Positions 9,659-17,343 of a stretch of 22,185 bases of DNA are shown piece by piece. Position numbers and translations under genes: made by a program. The stretch's first letter is position 1. Every line of letters starts with the position of its first letter. The DNA comes from a virus (lineage: Duplodnaviria; Heunggongvirae; Uroviricota; Caudoviricetes): IMG/VR virus record IMGVR_UViG_2606217102_000016. The stretch is one strand, 5' to 3'. The notes below the pieces were generated by a model. The model searched no databases. It was not told the DNA's origin and was given only the letters and a program-made list of their open reading frames with translations.

Positions 9659-10183
9659 ATGAAGTTATGGCCTGTGTTGACTGGCATTGCACTCTCTTTC
9701 ACTCTTATAGCATGTAAGGCCCCGACACCACCTAAAGGTGTGCAGCCGATTACAAATTTTGACGCCAACCGCTACCTCGGAAAATGGTATGAAATAGCTC
9801 GCCTCGAGAACTGGTTCGAACGTGGTCTGGAACAGGTCAGCGCTACTTATGAAAAACGGAACGACGGAGGGATTCGCGTACTTAACCGTGGATACGATCC
9901 AACGAAAAACAAATGGAGCGAGAGCGAAGGTAAAGCATACTTTACTGGAGATACTAAAACTGCAGCGTTGAAAGTTTCGTTTTTTGGCCCCTTCTATGGT
10001 GGCTATAATGTAATCAAACTGGATGATGAGTATAAGTATGCTCTTGTCAGTGGTCCGAACAGAGAATACCTATGGATTCTGGCAAGGACCCAAACTATTC
10101 CAGATAATGTAAAAGCAGACTATGTGCGTACCGCTCAAAAGTTGGGATTCAATGTCAATGAACTATTATGGGTTAAACAATAA
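9659..10183 (+). CDS. Bacterial lipocalin, Blc-like outer-membrane lipoprotein (cargo gene)
   Basis: Translation has a lipoprotein signal with lipobox LIAC, then NFDANRYLGKWYEIARLENWFERGLEQVSATY...KAYFTGDTKTAALKVSFFGPFYGGYNVIKLDDEYKYALVSGPNREYLWILARTQ, which parallels E. coli Blc motif for motif but is clearly divergent (a paralogue, not the chromosomal blc). Confidence 0.85.
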   Translation: MKLWPVLTGIALSFTLIACKAPTPPKGVQPITNFDANRYLGKWYEIARLENWFERGLEQVSATYEKRNDGGIRVLNRGYDPTKNKWSESEGKAYFTGDTKTAALKVSFFGPFYGGYNVIKLDDEYKYALVSGPNREYLWILARTQTIPDNVKADYVRTAQKLGFNVNELLWVKQ

Positions 10184-10211
10184 AATCCCCACCCGAAATG
10201 ATACTTATTAG

Positions 10212-10238
10212 AAAAAAACCAGCCTTTGGGGAGGCTGG
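10212..10238 (-). terminator. Candidate tR'-like intrinsic terminator ~100 nt downstream of Q
   Basis: On the minus strand CCAGCCT-CCCCAA-AGGCTGG is followed by TTTTTTT. It lies between the Q stop (10339) and the convergent lipocalin gene. An A-run on the other side makes it potentially bidirectional. Confidence 0.5.
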
Positions 10239-10338
10239 CTAAATCAGGAAACAAGCTGTTATATGATAATAACTACGTTGCGATTCCAACATTTAAAATG
10301 TTAGACTAATGAAAATCAGACAGCAACTTTTCCTTTAA

Positions 10339-10716
10339 TTATTTCGAACAATCAGCATCCATCTCCAATCGGAGATCCAACACCATCAGCATGCCCTCCA
10401 CTACGCCCTCAGCTTTCTGGAGCATCCTGCCAACCCAACAATCAGATCGCCCATGCTTACGTGCAAGCGCCATAAAAGTCATGCCGCCGACATAATAGTC
10501 CACCAATAAATCATGTAAATCGCTGTTGTTTTTTTTCAGGCGAGCCATACATTCACAAATGATCATCGCGTCATCGTCACAGCATTGCGGACGAGATCTT
10601 ACTTTTGAAGGAATTAATCCCTTAAAACCGGCGGCAATGGACGACCAGGTCACATCTTCATGATTATTAGCCGCCCATGCCCCCCAACGCTCAAGAACCA
10701 TCTGAATATCACGCAT
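10339..10716 (-). CDS. Late-gene antiterminator Q (QuuD/QuuQ-like)
   Basis: Translation from the ATG at 10716, [88 protein letters not shown]..., matches the lambdoid Q family of E. coli cryptic prophages as I remember it. The track start at 10731 is TTG. Confidence 0.8.
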   Translation of the reverse strand: MRDIQMVLERWGAWAANNHEDVTWSSIAAGFKGLIPSKVRSRPQCCDDDAMIICECMARLKKNNSDLHDLLVDYYVGGMTFMALARKHGRSDCWVGRMLQKAEGVVEGMLMVLDLRLEMDADCSK

Positions 10717-10733
10717 CAACTTACTCCACAAAA

Positions 10734-11783
10734 TTAGGCCAGCACACCAATTGCCAGCGCGCGATCGATAAATCGAAAAATCAGCTCCAGTTGGGAGCCA
10801 TACTTCTCTTCAAATGCCACGGTATCCGTATGCAACTCGTCGTGATGCTTTCTGCACAAAGGCAAAACAAAGAGATCATGTGCTTTGGTTCCCATTCCGC
10901 CTTGCCCGTGACCAATCAGATGATGCGGATCGTCGGCTGGCATACCGCAGCAAGCACACGGCTGTGTCTTAACCCAGCGTGTGTATTTCTCCTTAACCCA
11001 CCGGTGACGTTTAGGCAGCTTCATGAAAGATTCCGGAGACTCTGGATCAACGGTGATGCTTACCACCGTCTTTTCCTGTGATGGGTTTTGTTGGTGGTGG
11101 GCGTGAGGCAACGGTGCAAGATTTTTTGTGCGCTGTTTCAATATGCTGGTGGCGGTCTGCTCTCCCGGTACGATGTCGCTTTCGCGGTACACCGAGCAGA
11201 TTTTTTCCGCTGGTAATCCCAGCGAGCGACGTAATACCGCTTCCGGTAGCGCGTCCGCCAGCTGATTGCGGACCGCCCACCAGGATAATTCAGCCAGAGA
11301 TAATTCACGCTCCTGCGTACCGCTTATTGCGTGACCGATGACGTCAATCATCCATGCTGACAGGTTTTGATGAGCAAGTTGCTCGAGTGATTCGGATGTC
11401 TGGTCACGCAGCTGGTTGTCGCAGTGCCAGCACAACACCATTGCGCCGGTACCATATCGGTGAATAACGGTTTCGCTGTGATGATAATCGCCGTGTGGCC
11501 ACTGGCAGGATTTAATATGGCGCAACAGCCAGTCAGACAATGCACCAGCACCACCAGCAGCACGAATTACCCGTGCGTTACTGAAAAACGGCAGCAATGT
11601 TTTGTCTTCCACCAGCGGCTGGCGAACGGCAGGAACGACCCCGGACGGCAGATTACGCATGCTTTTCGGTTCCGGCTCCACCAGTACCCGGGTATTGTGG
11701 AATACCGGCATGGATTCACGGCCCGGCTTAACGACCACCAGCCCGAGTTCCGGTACCAGAACAGGTCGAAGTAATACCCGCAC
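10734..11783 (-). CDS. DUF968-family protein (YdfU/YbcN-like) with a C-terminal Cys/His cluster
   Basis: 349 aa. GTG start at 11783 with a strong SD GGAGGT; an alternative ATG lies at 11711. The C-terminus [18 protein letters not shown]...[10 protein letters not shown] looks like a zinc-binding or HNH-like motif. Size and position (between Q and hok) match Qin ydfU as I recall it. Confidence 0.7.
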   Translation of the reverse strand: MRVLLRPVLVPELGLVVVKPGRESMPVFHNTRVLVEPEPKSMRNLPSGVVPAVRQPLVEDKTLLPFFSNARVIRAAGGAGALSDWLLRHIKSCQWPHGDYHHSETVIHRYGTGAMVLCWHCDNQLRDQTSESLEQLAHQNLSAWMIDVIGHAISGTQERELSLAELSWWAVRNQLADALPEAVLRRSLGLPAEKICSVYRESDIVPGEQTATSILKQRTKNLAPLPHAHHQQNPSQEKTVVSITVDPESPESFMKLPKRHRWVKEKYTRWVKTQPCACCGMPADDPHHLIGHGQGGMGTKAHDLFVLPLCRKHHDELHTDTVAFEEKYGSQLELIFRFIDRALAIGVLA

Positions 11784-11784
11784 G

Positions 11785-12063
11785 TTACCTCCAGATGCGT
11801 TGCTGGAATGTACGGGACGGACGCGGTGGGCGTTCGGAGTAAGGCAATCTGACTGAGATTATCCAGTGACGGTAGTCGAGACTAAGGGCTTTCTTAACCT
11901 CGTATCCGCGCCTGCGGTAACACTGAATTATCCATTCAGCCTGCTCTTCAGTGCATGGAGGGTGTTGGAACCATTCAGACTTGAATGCGTGAGAATACCG
12001 CTCGTGCGTGCAGACAAGAACGGGCGAATTATCAGAATTGTAATATTTTACGTTGCGTGCCAT
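11785..12063 (-). CDS. Hypothetical protein (92 aa), Cys/His-containing
   Basis: ATG at 12063 with a GGAG SD; the stop abuts the DUF968 start. Translation MARNVKYYNSDNSPVLVCTHERYSHAFKSEWFQHPPCTEEQAEWIIQCYRRRGYEVKK... No family recognised with confidence. Confidence 0.5.
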   Translation of the reverse strand: MARNVKYYNSDNSPVLVCTHERYSHAFKSEWFQHPPCTEEQAEWIIQCYRRRGYEVKKALSLDYRHWIISVRLPYSERPPRPSRTFQQRIWR

Positions 12064-12129
12064 CGGTTTTCTCCGGTGGCACGGTGTTACTCAGCGGGAG
12101 TTCAGCCCCGCGCAAGATTGTAGATGAGT

Positions 12130-12381
12130 TTATTCTTCTGCAAAAGCTGAAAAGCCTGCTTTTATTCCGATCTCTTTCAGTGCCTGTAATGAAGTGACAA
12201 ACTCACCTTCGCGCAAGATAAATCCGTCTGTCACTCGACCATCCACAAAATTAATTAACGCAGCCCCATTCTTTCGCAAACACATAATGCGGTAATGACT
12301 AACAAGATTTCCATTTTCAACGCACACAGCATAGAGGCCATCTTCACAAAAATTTTTACGCAGTTCTTCGATGTTCATCAT
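12130..12381 (-). CDS. Hypothetical protein (83 aa); possibly the Rem equivalent by size and synteny
   Basis: ATG at 12381 with a GGAAGGA SD. It is 83 aa and sits immediately upstream, in operon sense, of the hok locus, as rem does in Qin. The sequence itself is not recognised. Confidence 0.5.
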   Translation of the reverse strand: MMNIEELRKNFCEDGLYAVCVENGNLVSHYRIMCLRKNGAALINFVDGRVTDGFILREGEFVTSLQALKEIGIKAGFSAFAEE

Positions 12382-12500
12382 CAGAATCCTTCCGGATAAT
12401 TAGCTCTCCCCTTTAAGGGACCATCCCTCTTATCCCTGCGCGCTACTTAAGTATTTTTGATTCTATTCCGGCACCGTCCAGAACTTCAAACGCGTTGAAA

Positions 12501-12530
12501 ATAAAAACAAAAACCCGCCGAAGCGGGTTA
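12501..12530 (-). terminator. Rho-independent terminator at the 3' end of the hok transcript
   Basis: On the minus strand AACCCGC-TTCG-GCGGGTT is followed by TTTTGTTTTTATTTTC, about 70 nt downstream of the hok stop. Confidence 0.6.
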
Positions 12531-12597
12531 AGTGCGGGTGCGTTGAGGATGCCTGCCACATCAGAGGTGGCGAGGGATTTCTCCCCCGCCGGGTCTC

Positions 12598-12753
12598 TTA
12601 CTCCTCAGGTTCGTAAGCTGTGAAGACAGCGACCTCCGTCTGCCCGGTTCGGATTCGTACCTCGCAGAGGTCTTTCCTCGTTACCAGTGCCGTCACTATG
12701 ACGGTTAAACAGATGACGATCAGGGCGATTAACATCGCCTTTTGCTGCTTCAT
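12598..12753 (-). CDS. hokD: Hok-family type I toxin (51 aa membrane peptide)
   Basis: Translation MKQQKAMLIALIVICLTVIVTALVTRKDLCEVRIRTGQTEVAVFTAYEPEE is a textbook Hok/Gef peptide and near-identical to HokD/RelF as I remember it. SD AAGGAGAAG. The track ORF 12598..12810 is an in-frame 19-codon upstream extension. Confidence 0.85.
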   Translation of the reverse strand: MKQQKAMLIALIVICLTVIVTALVTRKDLCEVRIRTGQTEVAVFTAYEPEE

Positions 12754-12874
12754 AGCCTGCTTCTCCTTGCCTTTCGGCACGTAAGAGGCTAACCTACATA
12801 TGTCTAGCATGAAATTGGCCTCAGATTAATGTTAAGCGTCTTGCAGGACGCGTAATGTTAACTGGGGCTTTTCT

Positions 12875-12910
12875 CTATCTGCCGTTGGTGTTCATGCCCG
12901 AGGCAGATAG
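12875..12910. promoter_or_regulatory. Inverted repeat in the hok leader region (candidate mRNA 5' structural element or Sok target region)
   Basis: CTATCTGCC (12875..12883) pairs with GGCAGATAG (12902..12910) across an 18-nt loop, ~120 nt upstream of the hok ATG on the transcribed strand. hok mRNAs are known to carry extensive 5' secondary structure; the specific element is not assigned. Confidence 0.3.
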
Positions 12911-13427
12911 CCTCAAGCACCCGCAGCCATTCTACTTAACTACCGTTACCTCGCCAATGTGAAATCAGTCAGAAAGGCGATCCATAAGAACAATAGCAAG
13001 ACAATAAATCGCCATTACAGCCGTAATAGCCAGCGCACATTTGAGAACCAGCACCACAACCTCCTGTATTGGACGTAGACCAGTCCTGATGAATATGAGG
13101 CTGTCTCGTCAGTGATTCAATACAACTATTGGGTATAGTTTCTCTGATTTTTTCTGTGGAAATGGGGCACAACCACTAGTCACCACCAGCACTTCTTTTA
13201 ATACGCAAAGTCCGACACAAGCTAACCTTCTAGTCCGCTTTGAGCGAAAAACAGCCATAATTTAGTGCCACGTATATAATGATAGAGCTATTCAAGCTAG
13301 CAATTCACATGTAAAAATTCAGAGGGTAGAAGCACATAGTTATAAATGTTGGCTCCATCGACAAATTGCGGTCTCAAGTACATTTATTAATGTTGCCCCC
13401 GCATTAACAAATCATCAAGGTGACGAC

Positions 13428-15215
13428 ATGGACGATATTAATATCAGCCTCGACGAACTTAACACTATTGATTTATCCCCCTTAATCCAGAGTAAGCTGC
13501 CAGTTACCTGCTTTGATATCACAAAGTATCTTTCTAGCCTAGGTGATGGAAGAGCGGAGATAAGACTGCTAACCCATATTTGCGGTTTTCACTTTCGTCC
13601 CGAAAATCCACAGGTACCATTTGGTCCGTGCTTTCAAAGCAGCCAAGGTAGATCTGCAATTCCGGATGACATTAACGGGTTGTCGCTGGAGGTACTTTCT
13701 CAATTTTGCCCGACGATAGAGCTACCCGAACTTCAAGCTCGTATTGCTGATACACTTTGGGTTCGTAAAATTGGTGGAATCCGTTTTCCTTTGCTGGCAG
13801 TCCGTGCTTATTATGCGTCCAGTATAGCTATTATGACATCGCAAGGGACGTGGGTTAGTGCTTTAGAACGCCTAGAGCGTGCGCTTAGGCTGTGTTGTTT
13901 TTTTCGAAAGCATACTGATTTCAGGGATGAATTTGATCAGCTTTCGGCACATCTACTAGCAGAGTATGAACGTACCAGAGAACAAGGCGATTCACCTTAT
14001 CCGCTGCGACTCCTGCAACTCGATATCGACTGTAAAGTGAGTGAGCCATCTTTTATTGCCCAGGAACTCCTGTTTCTGACAAAAAACTATCTGGCTCAAA
14101 AATTATTTTCATTTGCCGTCGATGCCTGTAAAACCGCAATCCCGATTGCGAATAGGTGCTGTGACAGAGATACACAGTTTGAATTCTGGCGGCTTCTTGC
14201 CGATACACATCTGGAAGAGTCAAAATTCCAAGATGGCGGTATGATTTCGGCAGCCTGCATGCAGAATGCTATTGAAGCACTGGCTAATATTCCAGGAACC
14301 CGAATAGAACGTCTTGCGCTGTATGAAGAAATGCGTGATTACCAAATCGAATCCCGTCACCAGATGTCTATCCTTCAGTCTCCCCCTCAAGATATTAGTG
14401 AGATTGTCCATCAAGCCAAGAGTCGGGTAGTCGGAAGAGATTTGTTTGATATGGTTTTCAGACTTGCGATGCTGGTCTGTCGGCCAACCAGCATTGAGAG
14501 ACTTAAGGCTCAAGCAATAGAACAAAAGGCCAACAGCATAGCTTGGATGTTTGGATCAACACATATTGATCATGAGGGAATGACACTTGCTCGCATACCC
14601 GCAGGATTGGGGATTGATGATGCAAATGGGGCAGTTATTTGGCCCATAATGATGACGAGAATGCGTATCGACCATGAGTTGGCAGTAGCTGGGCAAATTA
14701 TTCCTGCTACAGATGAGATCACAATGAAATATCCAATCTCGGAGGCGTTTTTTCGCGATATGTTCATCAATCATCCCTTCATCCCGTTTGGGCATGAAGA
14801 GTTTTTCATCAAGGGTATGGTTTGCGGTTTCAATGGAGATTTTATGACGGCATGCCACGTGTTGATTCCCCAGCTCGAAAATAGTCTGAGATATGTGGCT
14901 AAAATTAAAGGTGAGGAACCATCGCAGCTTCACGGGGACGGTTCGCAAGAGCGAAATGGACTCAAGGGATTACTAGATAATCCACTGATTATTGAAGCTT
15001 TCGGCGTAGACATAATTGGCAATCTTCAGGCCTTACTGGTAGATAAAATCTATGGTGATTTACGAAATCAACTAGCTCACGGATATGTGCCTGCCGGTTA
15101 CTACAACCAACCTCCCTGCATTTTTGCATGGTGGCTTGTATTGCACATTCTAATGAACCCTACGGCGAGATACTGGCAAGCCACTTATGGCCAAGAGAGT
15201 GAGGCTCAGACTTAA
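13428..15215 (+). CDS. Large orphan protein (595 aa) with a C-terminal HEPN-like Rx4H motif; candidate defence or abortive-infection moron
   Basis: Long ORF with ATG at 13428 and SD AAGGTGA 7 nt upstream. It is on the opposite strand to every flanking prophage gene and is bounded by non-coding DNA on both sides. No P-loop is visible. Near the C-terminus, ...DKIYGDLRNQLAHGYVPAG... fits the HEPN R-x4-6-H consensus. No other domain recognised by eye. Confidence 0.8.
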   Translation: MDDINISLDELNTIDLSPLIQSKLPVTCFDITKYLSSLGDGRAEIRLLTHICGFHFRPENPQVPFGPCFQSSQGRSAIPDDINGLSLEVLSQFCPTIELPELQARIADTLWVRKIGGIRFPLLAVRAYYASSIAIMTSQGTWVSALERLERALRLCCFFRKHTDFRDEFDQLSAHLLAEYERTREQGDSPYPLRLLQLDIDCKVSEPSFIAQELLFLTKNYLAQKLFSFAVDACKTAIPIANRCCDRDTQFEFWRLLADTHLEESKFQDGGMISAACMQNAIEALANIPGTRIERLALYEEMRDYQIESRHQMSILQSPPQDISEIVHQAKSRVVGRDLFDMVFRLAMLVCRPTSIERLKAQAIEQKANSIAWMFGSTHIDHEGMTLARIPAGLGIDDANGAVIWPIMMTRMRIDHELAVAGQIIPATDEITMKYPISEAFFRDMFINHPFIPFGHEEFFIKGMVCGFNGDFMTACHVLIPQLENSLRYVAKIKGEEPSQLHGDGSQERNGLKGLLDNPLIIEAFGVDIIGNLQALLVDKIYGDLRNQLAHGYVPAGYYNQPPCIFAWWLVLHILMNPTARYWQATYGQESEAQT

Positions 15216-15312
15216 AGTGAATAAGTTTACGAAGTTGGCACTTCCGGATGCATGTCCATATGAGTTGAGGCGATTTGGTTAATAAGGTTGAGTGCTGCTG
15301 AAATTATTCGAT

Positions 15313-15336
15313 GTCCGCTTTTGGCACAAAGCGGAC
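15313..15336. terminator. Strong hairpin between convergent genes, no U-tract (possible bidirectional terminator or processing site)
   Basis: GTCCGCTTT-TGGCAC-AAAGCGGAC is a perfect 9-bp stem with a 6-nt loop. It lies ~100 nt after the 595-aa gene stop and ~100 nt after the convergent 15434..15835 gene stop. Confidence 0.35.
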
Positions 15337-15433
15337 AACCACGCCAGATCTACCCTGTGCCATGAAAAATGAGAATGTCAATTCACTCCTGAACTAATGC
15401 TTTTTAATCTAGTAACGTCTAAAATACCTAACA

Positions 15434-15835
15434 TTATCCCTGATAAAATGCCAGTATGCGCTGCATAACTTCACTCATCCGGCACTCGCGACAGATTATG
15501 TTTAGGCGACTGTCGTAGCGACGTATTTCTCCATCAGGTAACGACCAGATAACGTCCGGATCAACCACAGCTGTTTTCTTCACCTTTGCCCTCGAGAGTT
15601 TTTTGCGGGCGTTTTGCCAGTCCTTACGCGCCTGTTCAGACGGGAATAACCCGTAGCCGGAGTTGTATACATCGCCACTGGCTACCAGCTCTCTGGCAAG
15701 AACGCTCATCAGATATCTAGTCGCACCTGTTTTAGCTTCCAGTTGCCGTAACGTCTCACGACCGCTCTGGCGCACGAGTTCCACCACCTGCCCTTTAATT
15801 TTTTCCCGCTCTTCTTGTGTAAAAACTTTTGCCAC
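15434..15835 (-). CDS. Hypothetical protein (133 aa), last gene of the early-right block
   Basis: GTG start at 15835 with a strong SD AAGGGGGA 4 nt upstream. Translation VAKVFTQEEREKIKGQVVELVRQSGRETLRQLEAKTGATRYLMSVLARELVASGDVYNSG... No Walker motifs, so it is not a DnaC/P-type helicase loader. Confidence 0.6.
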   Translation of the reverse strand: MAKVFTQEEREKIKGQVVELVRQSGRETLRQLEAKTGATRYLMSVLARELVASGDVYNSGYGLFPSEQARKDWQNARKKLSRAKVKKTAVVDPDVIWSLPDGEIRRYDSRLNIICRECRMSEVMQRILAFYQG

Positions 15836-15875
15836 AAGTCCCCCTTAAAATTACCTCATGACCTGAAATCAAAAC

Positions 15876-16841
15876 TTATCCTCTGAAACCAGGCGGAATT
15901 TCTGTATCCGGTTCAGAAATATGATTAACACAACGCTGTACAGGTGAACGCCCCAGGCGGATGACCAGTTCGTCCCATTTTTCGCGGAGCTTTGACGGGC
16001 TCATGATGTTTTTTACCCAGAATGGATCCCGCTGTACCCGACCAAACATTTCACAAATTTGTCTGTGGCTTCTGCCATCCAGCATCCGCATTGTGCGCAC
16101 ATCATTGGCCCAGACAGTCCAGTTAGGCTCTTTTGGTCGCATGATCTCGCCATCATCACTGGCGGCCTGTTCGTAGAGACCCACGATCCGCCCCCATATC
16201 CACTGCGCACACGCCAGATCCTCCTGGCTACCCCACTGGCGTTTTTTCGCACTAAACACAACTGCGCCAGGGTGCCGGATTAAAAAATCCTGTTCAGCCG
16301 TCTGCGGGTCCGGTTGCGAAGCTTCCGGACGAAAAGTGTTTTTATTCTCTGTAGTAATCTCTGTTGTATTCTCTGTAGGATCATCGGGCCATTTTGACCC
16401 GATGACATTGGGTCGTTTTGAACCAATGGAGCGTTTCATTTTGACCTCTTCCATCGTGTCATTTTGACCTGATGGAGCGGCGCATTTTGAACCGATGGAT
16501 TCGCTCAATTTGCCATCATCTAAAAGCTCGCTCCCATAGTTGATCGTGTAGAAATTGGTCATATCGCGCTTTGATTTATTGAGCTTTTCACAACGCAAAA
16601 GCCCCAGCGTTTTCAGACTTGCAAACGCGCGCTTTAACGTTGACTCTGACCAGAATGGGAACTGTTCCAGCCATTGTTCCGTTGTGTTGTAAATCCAGCG
16701 AACACCATCACATTCCATGCCGGAATTGGTATCTCTCAACCAGTAATGCAACTGCTGCAACACAATGGCTTCATTTAAGCCAATCTTCATCGCAAGCTGT
16801 GTGTTTATAACCAGTGGGCGTTCAGCAAAAAGAAGGCTCAT
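15876..16841 (-). CDS. Phage replication-initiation protein (replisome-organiser type) with a DnaT-like C-terminal tail
   Basis: The N-terminal region (...LAMKIGLNEAIVLQQLHYWLRDTNSGMECDGVRWIYNTTEQWLEQFPFWSESTLKRAFASLKTLGLLRCEKL) resembles winged-helix phage replication-protein N-domains. The extreme C-terminus ...NHISEPDTEIPPGFRG parallels the E. coli DnaT C-terminus as I remember it (...SEPDSQIPPGFRG). The track start at 16895 is TTG; the first ATG is at 16841. Confidence 0.7.
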   Translation of the reverse strand: MSLLFAERPLVINTQLAMKIGLNEAIVLQQLHYWLRDTNSGMECDGVRWIYNTTEQWLEQFPFWSESTLKRAFASLKTLGLLRCEKLNKSKRDMTNFYTINYGSELLDDGKLSESIGSKCAAPSGQNDTMEEVKMKRSIGSKRPNVIGSKWPDDPTENTTEITTENKNTFRPEASQPDPQTAEQDFLIRHPGAVVFSAKKRQWGSQEDLACAQWIWGRIVGLYEQAASDDGEIMRPKEPNWTVWANDVRTMRMLDGRSHRQICEMFGRVQRDPFWVKNIMSPSKLREKWDELVIRLGRSPVQRCVNHISEPDTEIPPGFRG

Positions 16842-17343
16842 AATTCCATCCAGCTTTTTGTTGGTATTGCTGTCGATACGCAAGTTTGAAAGCAATTGCT
16901 TTTTCTATAAGTTCGTCAGTTTCACGATCCACTACGGCAGGATCAGCAAAAAGCAGTCCGGACTCCACCACATCGCCATATTCTTTGTTTAACCCGGCGA
17001 TCATGTACGTGATGCTTTTTCCGTCACTAATTTCACGATACAACCTGAAATCATTAATCCGGATAGCCTCCATAATTGCAGGCACTAGCGCCGTGAACTT
17101 TTCACGCTTATCCCTAGTGTCGATAGCCTTCCAGCGTTCGAATATCTTCACTCGATTAACGCCAAGCGCTCGCTGATCAACCGCGCCACCTTCATCTGTG
17201 ACACGCTGAACATCGATGTTCGGGCGCTCTTTCAAAGCCCAGAATGCTTCAGTGATTAATATCGTCGCCTGCTCCTGTGTCATTCCTGGTCGACATATCC
17301 AGGCATCCAGAGCCTCACGAGCCTGTTCAGGAGTGATTTTCAT
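16822..17343 (-). CDS. Hypothetical early protein (173 aa) in the cII/YdaT position
   Basis: ATG at 17343; the ORF overlaps the cro-like gene end by 17 nt. It is second in the rightward early operon after the Cro-like gene. Sequence not recognised. Confidence 0.55.
   Translation of the reverse strand: MKITPEQAREALDAWICRPGMTQEQATILITEAFWALKERPNIDVQRVTDEGGAVDQRALGVNRVKIFERWKAIDTRDKREKFTALVPAIMEAIRINDFRLYREISDGKSITYMIAGLNKEYGDVVESGLLFADPAVVDRETDELIEKAIAFKLAYRQQYQQKAGWNYEPSFC

Noticed and set aside
10677-11774. ORFs 10677..11081(+), 11047..11280(-), 11078..11341(+), 11348..11563(-), 11424..11774(+)
   Set aside because: Overlap the DUF968 gene in other frames or on the other strand; the DUF968 frame is continuous with a strong SD and a recognisable C-terminal Cys/His motif.
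12598-12810. 70-aa ORF as a mok gene
   Set aside because: This ORF is simply an in-frame upstream extension of hok. In characterised hok/sok loci, mok is as far as I recall an overlapping frame, so I report only the 51-aa hok and mention the upstream ATG as an observation.
12969-13172. 67-aa Cys-rich minus-strand ORF upstream of hok
   Set aside because: No SD, odd composition (Cys/Gly/Tyr-rich tail), and it lies in the likely hok leader and promoter region. Probably not a gene.
14220-14948. Minus-strand ORFs 14220..14525, 14556..14948 and 14570..14770
   Set aside because: Antisense to the 595-aa gene, with no SD and non-protein-like composition.
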